Position numbers and translations under genes: made by a program. Below are positions 1 through 12,985 of a stretch of 64,000 bases of DNA, in pieces. The number at the start of each line of letters is the position of its first letter. Position 1 is the first letter of the stretch. Origin of the DNA: Lama guanicoe (Eukaryota); the NCBI GenBank assembly GCA_013239625.1, contig MU056000.1:10987175-11051174 (forward strand). The letters run 5' to 3'. Under the pieces are notes generated by a model. It was given only the letters and a program-made list of their open reading frames with translations, searched no databases and was not told the origin of the DNA.

Positions 1-1589
1 TTAACTGAAAACTTCAGTGCTTTGTGCACTAAAAAAAAATATGTTTGATTTTTCTAGTCGCTTATTCTGAATAAGAAAATCATGGCTGGCTCTACAATTC
101 CCAGTTGAGAGACACACTGAGAATTTCTGCTACACATTTTGTGCCCCCTGGAATCTTTCTGACCAGGGTCAGAGATTTTTGCGGTAATTGCCAGCACAGT
201 GCGGACTTAATTTGGTTTGAGGGGACATGTGAAAAATCCAAGCTCAGCAGGCCAAACCTCACGGAGGTTTAAAACATGAAATAAAGGCGCAGGCCTGCAG
301 CCATCTCATTAATGCCCGTGGCTGCCTGTATGTGTACGTACGCAAGGATGAGCCCTACGAAGCAGCTGGAAGCTCCTACCATCGACCTTTATGCCTGGAT
401 TTTGCACTTGGGGGTTGGGGGGAGGTGAATTATAAGAGGCTGCTGGTTTAATAAAAATCAACAGAGCAGGTACCTCCAAAGGGAGAACTGACATTGGAAT
501 TGCGAGACACAGGGCCAATCTCAGATTTGGCACGTCCCCGGGGGTACAGGACAGGACAGCTCAGGGGGGGAGAGTTCTTCCGTGGTAATTTTGCATGGAT
601 TCCATGGCACCTGAAGTGTTCCTAGGGCACCGAGGGAAAAGAATTATTCATGCCTCCCTGATCACGTTCAGCCTAACGGCACAAACCAGTACACAAATAG
701 GGCTGCCGTGCAGGGCTCTTGGGGCTGGAATGTTTGCAGAGCATGTTTTTTTTCCCCAAGAGACTCTCTAAATGGAGTTGGAGGTGGGGAAAGCTGCTGT
801 ACATTAATTGGAAAGTGATTCCAAGAACTAGAATTGGCATGTGGTCAGAGGGTGTTGGAGGGGACAGAAAGTAGAGGGGGAGATGGCTGGGCAGCTGGGA
901 GGGAAAAGGAGAAAAGGAGAGAAGCAGAAAAGCCGGGAGAGTGCAGAGGGCTTGGCGAGCTGCCAGGAGATCTGCCAATGGGGAAGGGATGCATCGCCAA
1001 GGTAGAAAATCACTTAGTTGCTAAGAACAAAGAAAGCACGCCATTCCAAACAAAGAAACTTTGCCGACCAGACCAACTCTGGTACCCATTCAAAGCATTA
1101 TTATGCACGGTGAATAAACATGGAGTCTCCTTTACTAACCGCTGACTCCATCATTATTTCAACTCTGTTGCTTTCCGTTTAAGCCTCTTTCACTAACACC
1201 TGATGTTGAATAGACTTGTCCGTCACACAGTGTATTCAGAGATGATCTATTCTTTGGAGCGGTCTGTAACTATTTTAAATTTCTAAGAGCAGTGCCTTTA
1301 AGATTATATGTTGTGTGTTTCCTAAGTTATATTCACGCTCTGTAAAGTTGGCAAAGGTACTAAAAATAAAGCATAAGAGGATCTATTATACTGCTAAGCA
1401 AATCAGACAGCTTCTCTTTGGAGAGCAAAGTTGGGGAGGGAAGGAATCTTCATAGATATTTATTTTATTTACAGAACAAAATAAATTAAGTTTAAATTTT
1501 TCATGTACTATTTCCCAGCAAAAAATGGCATTTTTACCTCACCTTTGACTTTTGAAAAATAAAATCAAATAAAAAGATGGTAACTGTGG

Positions 1590-1935
1590 ATTTCCCCCCG
1601 CTTGCTTTGTTCATGTTTCTCCTCCTGAAATACCCTCTCCTCCGTTTCCAATGCGTCCTCATTCTTTAGAGCTTACTGACTTTTCACCTCCGCTATGAAG
1701 CTACTCTTTGTCATCACTGCCTTTAATGATCCATCACTCTCACAGCATTTATTTTCCTGCGTAGTCATTTAGTGTTTCATAAATGTGTTCTTTCTTCATG
1801 TCTGGAAAAAAGCTCTTTGTGAAAAGACAGTCCTATAAAATGAGGACTATTATTTACCTCTGGATTCTCCTCTCCATTGAGCTTTGCAAATCAGTGGTGG
1901 GGAGGTAAACTCAACTGGTATTTATTGATTGAACA
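1590..1935 (+). mobile_element. Old LINE-2 3' fragment
   Basis: Pyrimidine-rich decayed L2-like sequence ending in a tttattgattgaa-type terminus; boundaries approximate. Confidence 0.45.
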
Positions 1936-2599
1936 TAAAACTGCAGTAGTAGCTTTAACATAATTTCTCTAACAAAGTGCATATATATCCAAGTTTCTTC
2001 TCTGTCAAGATATATATTTTCTTTCTGTATGACTCATTTTATTACCTAAGGTTAAAAAGCCTTACTTTTCCCTTTGGGAGGTCACTGAATAATAGGGATT
2101 TGAGAGAATCTTAGGACCTACCATATGTACAACATGCCTGTCTCCTCTGCTCTAAATATTGGGGAAGTTTCATGGCACCACGTGACTCCAGAAGCATGAC
2201 TCTGCACTTCTTTTTACCCAAAGAAACTGAGTGTGGAGCTGCTCAGAGCTAATAACAATGCTTTTTACTTTGCGATTTTCACTTGCTTCATCACTCATGT
2301 GATATGATACAGGGTCCTCCTTACCCAAGTTGCATTTTAAAGATTGCACCTAGAAGAAAGACACCTTCATAATCAAAAGTATTGACTAAAGTACTGAGAC
2401 TGAGAAATGTACTCTCTTATCTCTCTCTTTTTTTGAATCCACTTATCCTTCAGTTATGTCCATTTCTCTGTCAGTGCTAGCCCGTCTTGGCTGATAGGAA
2501 GATCTTGCATACTGTGCAAAACAAAACTGAAAAAATTAGACAAATCAATTTTAGTGAAAATTGCAAATCTTGCAAAAGATTCAGGATTTCATGAAGTCA

Positions 2600-2830
2600 T
2601 AGTGGATAAAATATAATTGAATCCTTACCTCACACCATACAGAAAAATAAATTCCATTTGGATTACACATCTAAATTTTAAGTAAAGACATTTAAATTAG
2701 GGAAAATAAGAATATTCTCTTATAATTTGAAGGTGATAGAGATTTCAGGAAGACAGAGTATCCATAATCCATAGAAATAGAGACTAAGATTCGTAATAAC
2801 ATTAAAGGATAAACAAATACCACTGTGCAG
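2600..2830 (+). mobile_element. Ancient L1 ORF2 fragment
   Basis: ccttacctcacaccatacagaaaaataaattcc matches the conserved L1 ORF2 C-terminal segment (YLTPYTKINS-like). Confidence 0.7.
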
Positions 2831-2884
2831 TTAAAGGTACAATAAATAAAAAGCAGTAGGGCAGGCTAGTAGAGAGGGTGAGTA

Positions 2885-3990
2885 TGTAATTTTAGCACCT
2901 GTAGGCAGAGTTCATGTAGAGAAACTATTCCCTTTTCCATAGACTAGGGGAAAAAAGACTCATAAAATCCACTTATAAATAATATGAATTAACTGCAAAA
3001 AGGGAAACACATAGAATTCCATGTTTAGATGTCTCCTTGGTCAATATGCTTGCTAAACATCACCTGTTATTTCTGCAGGGAAGCCTGCATTAGTGAAGAA
3101 CTGTGTAGAGGGATGATCACATGGAGAAAGAGCAGTGTTGGTCTTCCATTCCTTGTTCTTGAGCGATGTGGAATGTGGATCCTGCAAATCATTGGGAGAT
3201 TGAGGTGGTAGATGAGACTGTGGCAGCTGGGAGATAGTGTGTGCTACAGGCTTGCTAGGGATGAGGGCAGTCTAAAACAGAAGGACAAAAAGGAGCCCTG
3301 CTAAGAAGTCTGCAGTATGATGCTGTTAAATAGTGATCAACTGGAGATGGCCAATTCTCACCAACAGCCTTCAAGGCATAGGAGACCTGGCCACCACTTC
3401 CTTTCAACTGAGCGAACAGACAATGATTTAAAGTGGAAATTAGATTTAACCAAGGAAGCTTTCAGCCCATGCAAGAAGTCAGATAGGGGGCACCATTTCT
3501 CCTCTCCCTCCTTTTCGTCCTGCAGTGAAGCCCAAGGAAAAGGGAAGGTGGGTGTTTGAGAGCAGACGACACCCTCCCTCACTGCTCCAAGCCTCCTAGC
3601 AACTCTGAGTGTGAGAGGGGAGAGGAAGGAGAGTTTTTTTTTTTAACATTTTTTATTGATTTATAATCATTTTACAATGTTGTGTCAAATTCCAGTGTTC
3701 AGCACAATTTTCAGTCATTCATGGACATATACACACTCATTGTCACATTTTTTTCTCTAAGGAAGGAGAGTTTTAACCAAAATGTGAGACTGAAATTTCT
3801 CAGTGATCAGGACTGAGAAGTAGTTTTTCTACAAATTCAGACTTACTAGAAAGTGATAGAACTGAGCAAATACTGTTCATTAAGGGGCTCAGTACTGAGC
3901 AGCAAAGAGATGGTGAGAAAGAGGTTTAAACCTCCCCGTTAAACAGACTTGCATGAGCCGTAACTTTCTGTTCTATAAGAGAGTTGTTGG
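2885..3990 (+). mobile_element. MamGypLTR-like long terminal repeat (Ty3/gypsy class), interrupted by a young L1
   Basis: With the L1 removed, gaggggagaggaaggagagttttaaccaaaatgtgagactgaaattt...actagaaagtgatagaactg...ttcattaagggg resembles the MamGypLTR 3' half as I recall it; it lies just upstream of gag-like sequence. Ends approximate. Confidence 0.55.
3638..3759 (-). mobile_element. Young, heavily 5'-truncated L1 (3' UTR only)
   Basis: Poly-T then ttattgatttataatcattttacaatgttgtgtcaaattccagtg, similar to the L1 at 46657; perfect 15 bp TSD aggaaggagagtttt at 3623-3637 and 3760-3774. Confidence 0.92.
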
Positions 3991-6600
3991 AACATCAACT
4001 TAAAATCACTAAGAGTAGCTTACCTAAACAGGTAGGTGCAAACACTGTACAATCACTTCAGTAGCCTCTTTTGGGGATGAAGGAAACACTGCTTAGACTC
4101 ACTGGGGCAAATTTCTTTGAGAAGTTGGACAGGAGGCCCATTGTCTGGAGAAAGAGAATGTAATCAGATCAGAGTTTGGAAGTCACAAGAGTCCAGTCCT
4201 CCTCCAATGGCCCACTAGAAAGAAGGCTGGTGATGGTTGTGGGTTTGTAAGGAGACCTCACCTTCTTGGGGATGCCCGCAAGCCCGAGGAGTCAGGAGCT
4301 GAACACCACACCAATCTCAGAACCCTAAGCCTAGAGATATCATGGCTGAGTTTGGCACTGAGTGGTCCTTGCTTCCTCTGAACACACAGAGGTCTGTGAT
4401 GGCATCTGGACCATCATGGAGTCACTGGAATGCAGAAAAGAATTACAGACTTGAGATATGACAAGTTTTGTGAGCTAACGAGACCCTAGTTCTTTCCTCA
4501 CTTAGGTCTGGCAACTTGCCTGTTCCACTACCCGCCGAGAGAGTTGCATCCATGTTTGTGTGAGATAACTCAAAAGGGACATACAGTCTTCCCCACTAAA
4601 AACGCAAGTGAGTGCCCCACATTTCACTGAACAAATGAAAGAGAAGAAAACACGCTGAGAGGCCATTCATGGAAGTTCCATGTCAGAGCCCAAGACCTGG
4701 ATTTGGGGATCCTCAGGCAGGATGATTCTCCATCACTGACTAATCAAAATCTCTGGAGTGAGTCATTTGAGTTTGAAACAATGGCGATACAGTGCAGATT
4801 TTTTTCCATTCAGTTGGACGATGTTAAGAGTGTGACTCAAAGTCTTTAGGAGATAAAATGTGGTTGAAAAAGAGGGATAAAGTACAGAATCAAGTTGTTG
4901 AAAATAATTCCTCTGTGACCATCAACACTTTCTGGGAGATAATGGAGAAGGGAGTGCAGGGAGAGATATTTTTAACACTCTTATCTCAGACCATCACCTG
5001 GAGCCTGGATTGTCCATCAGAAACGTGGCTAACACATGGAGACAGGAAACAGGAGAGATCATGTTGTCTGCATAAGAAATAGTGATGCACCAGAAGCCTT
5101 AGGTGTTTTCAAGCAACAGGACATCCACTCCAGGAGAGAAGACGTCTGAACCTTGGCTGACCGATTGTAACAGAAGCCTGCAAGTTTGTCAGTGAAAGGA
5201 CTGAGAGAATGAAGTGAAGAACAAGTGAAGAATGAATTAGTGAAGCCCCTTACATTGTCTGCACTGGAGTCATCAAGTTTTCCCAGACAGGCAATACCTA
5301 CACAGCTCTAGCCAACAGACACACTGGCTAAGTATTTTAAGAATTGTCAGAGAAGAGGAAAGACACAACAGTTTGTCAAGGCCTTGGCTCAAAAAGTTTT
5401 GGGAACTGTTTCCCTCAAATGGCAGGGTGTACTCCCATGAAGGGGAAGAGTTTCTGAGATAACTCCCTTGGATGCAGGGAAATGGAAATTTTGTTGTTTT
5501 GTTTCTGGAGAAGACGGTCATTTTCTGGTAGCCTTTGAATAGGAGATACCACGCAAATGCTAGAAAAGCTAAGGTGAGCCTGAAAACCTCAGGGAATGAG
5601 AAGGACTCGAGCTGAGATGCTTTGGTTTTGCCAACGATTAGGCTAAGCAGTACTGAGGACCTCTCATCCCACAGACCACAGGAAGCTGAAGAAGGGGTGT
5701 GTGTTCAGCTGAAGGATGGCCTCAAAGATGTCCACGTCTTGATCTTCAGATCCTGTGAATGTCATCTAAAGTGACTTAAGGGACCTTACATATGTGATCA
5801 AGTTAAAGATGACGAGATGGGGAGATAAGCTTGGTAGATCCAATGTAAACCCCAAGGTCCTTATTATTAGGGAGGTAGGAGGGTCACTCAGAGAAGGTGA
5901 TGTCACAGTGGAAGCAGATCAGAGTGATGCAGGGCCACAAGCCAAGGAGTCTGGGCAGCCTTTGGTAGCTGGGAAAGGCAAGGAAATGGATTCCTCCCTA
6001 GAACGTTCAGAAGCAATGCAGCCCTGCTGACTCATTTAGGACTTCTGACCTCCAGAACGGCAAGTTCATAAAATAAGGTTGTTCCAGGCTGCTAAGTTTG
6101 TGATGATTTGTTACAGAACCAATAATAGCAAATTAACACAGGGTGGAAGAGACCTGAATGGCTTACCACGTGATTAGAGCTTGGCAGTGGGGGAGGCTGG
6201 CCACGTCCACAGCCATCCCCGCTAGGTGAATTCAAAGTGATCCCTGCACTACTGATGTCTTGAGTCCCACCAGGAGTCAGAATTCACCACAGGGTCCTCA
6301 TGTCTGGCTGCTGTCATTGGGCCTTTCACTTGGGGGCTAACTCTGACCCTGATTAAGACGAAACCAGAGGCTCACTGTGGGCACCATCCCACTCTGCTGG
6401 ACGCAGCTACATCCTGACATTAGTGTGTCTAATCTCAAGGAAGCAGCTCACTCTCAAGTCTTGTGTGGCTGATCAAAATCTTCCTCAATTATCACAGAGG
6501 AAGCAGGGCCCTTTGGAATGGAAGAAGCTGGAATTACAGTTGAAAAAACTGCAGGGAAGGGTCTGGCCCGTGAAAAGGTGGGTGTAACACTGCAGAGTTA
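3990..6600 (+). mobile_element. Degenerate Ty3/gypsy internal region (MamGyp-int-like) with PNMA-like gag remnant
   Basis: Translated blocks LGDKMWLKKRDKVQNQVVENNSSVTINTFWEIMEKGVQGEIF (from 4846), HQKP*VFSSNRTSTPGEKTSEPWLTDCNRSLQ (5088-5183) and FVKALAQKVLGTV (5372-5410) are colinear with PNMA-family motifs. Stops and frameshifts present; interrupted by MLT1 at 5700-6140; 3' extent uncertain. Confidence 0.65.
5700..6140 (+). mobile_element. MaLR solo LTR (MLT1D-like)
   Basis: TG...CA ends, ggcctcaaagatgtccacgtc start, gacttctgacctccagaac and tttgttacag motifs, 5 bp TSD gggtg (5695-5699, 6141-6145). Confidence 0.88.
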
Positions 6601-7511
6601 GCTTGAGAGGCACCTGGGGCAATTCCTGACACGGACTCAGACGCTGCTGTGCCCTTGGGAGGTGCCCTGGGAAGGACAGGTGAAGCCCTCCTGCTGAGTA
6701 GACACTGCACATGGAAACTATGAATCAAGGCTAGCTTGTCTAGACCCGCAAGTACATCCCCAAAGCCCAGTTGCCATCTCTCCACCACTGAGTCTCCAAA
6801 ATTTGCTCTGCACCCCACAAAAGGTAGCTCAGCTCTAGGTCGGAGCTTATTTATCCTACTCAGCAAAGCCCCACTGCTTAGAGAACAGCGTAATTGACTT
6901 CCCCTTTAGGACCTCACCCTTCCATCAAAGGGCTGCCAAAACCCTCCCTGGATGGTCCTGGAACAGACATGGGGAGCCGGTTGTGAAAGGGATTGTGGAG
7001 AGAGGAGGAACGGGAAGACTGTGGGAATGGGTTTTGTGAAAGAAGAGGCGCTGGAAAAATCAGCTTACAATTCGCTATGTGATAATCCGCTGCCCCGTGA
7101 AATCTTTAGTAACATCTGCATTACTCATGAATGGATTTTGGATTTCAGTTTCTCTCTGGGGGCTGTAATAAAATGCTGAGTCTCGGTCACATCAGAGTTA
7201 TAGCAATGTTTGCATAGAACAAATATTTAAACTGTAGAGTGTAGCTTAAAAAGTTTTTCTTATGCATGATTTAAATGCACACTTGCTATTGCTTCTAAAA
7301 ATAAATAATAAATGCATTTATTTGTTTAAAGTAATAGTTAAATTCTCATGCCTTCATTTATTTAATTGAATTGAATAAATAGCTGTTGAGCACTCAGAAG
7401 AAAAAGATGCTTTGTTTTGTTTCTGTATGTATTGTAAGTTGATCACAGCCAGGCTGCACAAACATTGCATGATTCATTTGGGCTATGCATTTCCACAGCT
7501 AGGACTATGTT

Positions 7512-8691
7512 ATTTTATTCTATTTTATTTTATTTTTTAATTGAAGTGTAGTCAGTTATGGTATGTCAATTTCTAGTGTAGAGCATAATATTTCACTCAC
7601 ACATATATACATATACACATAGTCATTTTCATTTTTCTTCATTATAGGTTACTATAAGGTATTGAATATAGTTCCTTGGGCTATGTAGAAGAAACTTCTT
7701 GTTTATTTTATATATAGCAGTTAATATTTGCAAATCTCGAACTCCCAATTTACTTCCTCCATACCCCCTTTCCCCCCAGTAACCACAAGTTTGTTTACTA
7801 TGTCTGTTTCTGTTTTGTAAATGAGTTCATTAGTGTCCTCTTTTTTCTTTTTTGTTAGATTCCACATATTAGTGATATCATGTGGTAGTTTTCTTTCTCT
7901 TTCTGGCTTATTTCACTTAGAATGACGATCTCCAGGTCTATCTATGTTGCTGCAAATGGCATTATTTTATTCTTTTTATTGCTGAGTAGTATTCCATTGA
8001 ATAAATATACCACAACTTCTTTATCCAGTCATCTGCTGCTGGACATTGAGGTTGTTTCCATGTCTTGGCTATTGTATATAGTGCTGCTATGAACACTGGG
8101 GTAAATGTATTGTTTCAAATTAGAGTTTCCTCTGGATGTATGCCCAGGAATGGGATTACTGGATCATATGGTAAGTCTATGTTTAGTTTTTGAGGAATCT
8201 CCATATTGTTTTTCATAATGGCTGCACCAAACTACATTCCCAACAATAGTGTAGGAGGATTTCCTTTTCTCTGGACTTTTGAATGATGGCCATTCTGACT
8301 GGTGTAAGGTGATACCTCATTGTAGTTTTGATTTGCATTTCTCTAATAATTAGCAATATTGAGCATTGTTTCATGTGCCTATTGGCCATTTGCATGTCTT
8401 CGTTGGAGAATTACTTGTTTAGGTCTTCTGTCCATTTTTGGATTGGATTGTTTGCTTTTTGTTAAGTTATATGAACTTATATATCTATATTCTGAAAATT
8501 AAGCCTTTGTCAGTCACATCATTTGCAAATATTTTATTCCATTCTGTAGGTTGTCAGTTTGTTTTGCTTTCCTTTTGGTTTCCTTTGCTGTGCAAAAGCT
8601 TACGAGTTCAATTAGGTCCCATTTGTTTATTTTTATTTTTATTTCTATTTCTTGGATAGACTTCCCTAGGGGGACATTGCTGAGATTTATG
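7512..8691 (-). mobile_element. 5'-truncated L1 (ORF2 C-terminus and 3' UTR)
   Basis: ORF 8213-8395 [19 protein letters not shown] is the L1 ORF2 C-terminal domain; T-rich tail; degenerate TSD cagctaggactatgtt (7496) / cagctagaaccatttt (8692). Confidence 0.93.
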
Positions 8692-10725
8692 CAGCTAGAA
8701 CCATTTTTAAAACTAAGAAGTCAAGATCTGGGTCAAGGTCACTTTCTGCCTCTCATTGAATCCATGAATCTGCCTTCCATAAAACAACCTATGATCTAGC
8801 TAGACATTTCTCAATTATTATTTTCAAATTGCAATGCTCGCATGTGTTTTCTGAGCCTAGGCACGTTAACAACTGAATAAAGCATTTACTACATAATCTA
8901 ACCACCATCAGTACTTGAAGTAGGAAGAAATAGCCATAATGTGTGTGGTGTGTAAACTTTGCAGTGCCCTCCAGAGGCCAGTTTTCTCACAACAAAACAA
9001 CTTCTTAGTACATGTTATCACTAAAATGCCCGCATTTTTGTAGTGTACCAAGACAGGAAGAGCACTTCTCAAGGAAAAAGAATAGAATGACCTCAGAAAA
9101 GTTCTGAACTAAAAATGTGATGGAATGCAATCTAAGACCAACAAAATTCTAAAAGATAAAAGAAAAATAATTAAAAGAAAACCCAAACTCTTTTTCCCAG
9201 AAATTGACAAAACTCCTTCAAAATTCAGAAGTAAAATACCAATATAAAGATAAATGTCTATAAAAAGTATGCTGTTCTCCTAAATACTTAAAGCAATGTT
9301 GTCCAGCCAGAGCCAAAAGGCATCGGGTCCTAACAGGTGCAGGACTCAGGTTTAAAGAGAGATCAAATTCAATAGCTAAACATACTTGCATGTGAGACTG
9401 GAAACAGAGCAAGAACACACAGGGGCCCGCATCCCACAGAACGGACTGATGGAGGTAAATAAACTACAACAGGCTGGGTTTAAATAAATTATGGTTGGGA
9501 CGAAGCAGACAAAAGGCAGAGCATTCCACTTTGTTCTTGGGAGGAGATCTCAAGTGACCCACGCAGCAGCCCAGGTCAGGGAGCAGCATCTTAGTTTATA
9601 ACCACTGAGGGGAAAAGCCTCCAAGAATGATGCTGACAGAAACGGAAAGTTTATAAAAGAGAAGTGTAACACCATGTGGCCACAGTTATTTGTTGCTTCC
9701 ATGTTATCATCTACCACCCTCTCCAGCTGGCAGCCAGAGCCCCTGCACCATCTCTAGAACAGAGGATCAGGGGAAGCTGGAAGCTTTTATTCAGAAAGGG
9801 TTTTCAGCCTCTTCTCCATGAAAGGGACTTTCGTTGGATGCTCTGCATATGGGTAGGGAGGTTCCAAACATGCATATGTGACAAGTCTTTGCCTTCAAAG
9901 AATTTATGAGACCAGACATGCACACACACCCATGCACACACACAAACACACACAGACACACACCCCTTTACTACAAACCAGAGACCATTCAGAGTCACAC
10001 AAGAAGGAAAAATCCAGTGCCCTGCAAGTTCAGGAAAGTCTTAGTCTCCCTGGGGCAAAAGTAATTCTGCTGTCTTCTCAATTTCCATAGCACTCTGCGT
10101 GTTTTAGATTTCTTGATTTGGAAGAGAAATAACAGCCATGTCCTCAGGTAACAGAGGACAAATGTGCGGAGAATACCAAAAATAGATTCAGAGATAAATA
10201 CAATCAATTTTATTTAACAAACATCTGTGGAATGTCCAGTACTGGTGCCGCTGCTGGCTCCGGGCACAGCGTGTGTCTCCTTATGCATCCTGTGGTACAG
10301 TTTTCTAATAAAATGCAACTTGAAAGAGTCCCAAGTTCAAAATGGTCATATAAGTAAATGAAAGTATTTCTTCTAGAAAGAGAAAGTAGAGCCTCTTTTC
10401 TATCAGGGCTAAGACCTTCCTATACCATAGAAGCCCAGAACGATGCTTCCAGCTGGAGATCCCCTTTCTCCTAAACGCTGAAAAACCAGAAATGATGGCC
10501 CAATCTTGAGTTGCTGTATTTCAAAATGCATAAGAGAGATTGTACATTTATCCACCCCCACAGGACTTCATCAGCAGATCCAAGGAAATTCATATAAGGT
10601 AGAAATGAGTTGTCAACAAATGCAGTTTGCTTGACTTGACTATTTCAACCGCCATTAGTATTTGAAGTCACATCTAAATGGAGAGTAGGTGAGGAACCAC
10701 ACAGGAACATAGTTGTGTGAAAGGC

Positions 10726-11168
10726 TGTATCCTGTGGCTGCTGCAACAATTGACCACAAACCTGGTGGCTTAAAGCAGTAGATGTTTATCCTCTCATAGC
10801 TCTGAAGGCCAGAATTCTGAAATCAAGGTGTTGGTAGGACTGTGTTCCTCGCAGAGGCTCTGGGGAGAATCCTTCTCTGCTCTTCTACCTTCTAGTGGCT
10901 GTTGGCATCCTTGGCTTGTGTCTGCATAACTCTAATCTCTGCCTCTGTTTTCACACGGCCCTCCTCACTGTGTGTCTCCTTTTCTGTTTCTTGTAAGGAT
11001 GCTTATCATTGGATTTAGGGTGCACCTAAACAATCCAGCATGATCTCATCTTGAGATGGTAACATAATTATATCTGCAAAAACTCTTCTTCCAAATAAGG
11101 TTACATTCATGCTTCCGCAAGTTAGCACAAGTACACATCTTTTATAAGACCACCATTAACCCTCTACA
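10726..11168 (-). mobile_element. MaLR solo LTR (MLT1C-like)
   Basis: ggctgctgcaacaattgaccacaaacctggtggcttaaa and tctgcaaaaactcttcttccaaataaggttacattc motifs; TG...CA ends; TSD aaggc/aagac. Confidence 0.88.
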
Positions 11169-12439
11169 AAGACCAGGGAGGCTTGTGGGGAATAACTCAT
11201 CTAATGGGAAGGAAGAATTCAGGTTTCTAAGTTTGGCTTAGGGACAACGGGTCAGAAGTGTTATGTATTTGATAGAAACAGGCTGTATTCAGATCTGATT
11301 AATCCTGGTCGGTCTAGTGCTGAATCATGAAAATTTCCGTAAAGATATTTGAAAAGCTGTTTAAATAGAATGACAAAAGGACATTTGTCCCCTCTCAGGA
11401 TGCTAATGCTCATAGTCTGTTGGCTCCTGGTTGAGAGACAGATGGGGGAAATCTGTCACAGCATCTTTGTATTCCCAGGGCCTGGCTCAGATCCTCTCAT
11501 AAGAGTAGTAGATGAATAAATCAATGAGTGATCAAAACACAGACCCTAAACTCAGCGCTATCTTCCGGCAGAACAGGAAAGAGTCATTTTAGAGCCATTG
11601 GAAAGGAGCAAATGACTGAGTGAATGGAAAATTCCTGAAACCAGCCATTACTAATGATGGGCTTCCTGCAGTCCTCTCTGCATAGAGAGTCAAGTTCAGT
11701 ATCTTATTTCATAGGAACGTCCCCGTGCGATACATTATCATGACCGCGTGGTGGGGAGGAGAACACAGCACTGCAGGTCAGGTGATTGATTAGGGATCTG
11801 GTTACACTTGTTTCTAGTCACGCCACCTTGAGAAAGCGAGGTGTCGCCCTCTCTCCTCCCACGTCAGTGGAGGGGACTCAGTCCACGCCCAGGGCCAGCG
11901 CACCTGGGACCTCCCACCTGCAAGTTCCAGCAGCCAAACAGCAGTGCTACCCTTCCTGCCGTGTGCCAAGAGTTTGCAGGGAATCCTGATGGTCCTGAGG
12001 CAGCATCGGTCCTAGCTCTAGCCTAACTCTCTATGCTCACCGTGAAGACTGACTGCAGCTGAGCAGACTCTGCACTGACGAGCTGTGTCTTGTATGATGT
12101 GCTTCCCAGCACTTGCATTGGGAAGAGGGGTTGGGACAGCTGGTCTCTTGCAGTGACTTCCAGATGGGGAGCAGAGCCCTGTGGTGACACTGGGTCCTCT
12201 TTTCTGTGTGCCCCACAAAGTAATACCCTCTTGTGGCATTTCTTTGTGCAATTTACCTGCACAGTATGTTCCAACATGCAAAGTGGCACAAGATATCAAG
12301 ATTGATGTCACCAACAGACCTAGAATCACCTCCCTTTACTTTTCCCTGGCAATGACCCTAAGTACCATGGAGTTTTCACATTATGTCCTTGGAACATAAA
12401 ATGGTTAGTTACATCCTTTTCCATAAGTACCAACTCTTC

Positions 12440-12729
12440 CAAGCTGGGCTGGCTCATGCTGATATGGAATACCAGTTGTATAAACACTGAAATACTTCCA
12501 TGTTGGTTAGTCTATTTGGCTTCTGTCTCACATTTTCCAAGAGCCCCATCCCTGGCTGCTCCAGCCCCTCCCTTGTTCCCACCAGATTTCCCCAGTATTC
12601 AGTAGCTAAAATTTCGTGCCCAGCACAGCAGTCACCCAGAACCCTGTTCCAGGTGTGTGGCCAATACCCACGCTGCTTGCTCAGTGCCTGTACCACACCA
12701 GTTGCTAGTCTTGTGAATATCACCTCTGC
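12440..12729 (-). mobile_element. hAT-Tip100-type DNA transposon fragment (MamTip-like)
   Basis: The minus strand starts cagaggtgatattcacaagactagcaactggtgtggtacaggcactg, resembling the caggggtgatattcaaaa terminus of this group as recalled. Confidence 0.45.
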
Positions 12730-12869
12730 TCTGACACCTCTGGTCTCCCTTCCTTTTTCTAGTGCTCAAGGCAGGGCTGGAGCTGTTCTCTGTGATCTGA
12801 TGTGGTTTTCTGGCTCCTTGCTTGCTGAAGAAGAAAGAACAAACCCAGGTTAAACAGTGCTGGGCCCCT

Positions 12870-12985
12870 GCTATCCCCATTTAAGTCATTTGTCCACTCT
12901 TGATTACAGATTCTTCATCTATCAAGTACAGGAGTTGAACTCTGATCTCTAAAACCCTCCCAACTTGAAAATTCCATGATTCTAT
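12870..12985 (+). mobile_element. MIR SINE fragment
   Basis: ttaagtcattt...cagattcttcatctatcaagtacaggagttgaac...tctctaaaaccctcccaacttgaaaattccatgattct matches the MIR core and 3' end. Confidence 0.65.

Noticed and set aside
300..800. TATA-like TATAAGAG, TTAATAAAAA and gccaatct-c-agatttggc mini-palindrome as a promoter
   Set aside because: Short motifs with no downstream exon evidence, and the context is cut by the window edge.
6480..6580. Possible Gag zinc-knuckle remnant
   Set aside because: The Cys/His ligands cannot be recovered in any frame.
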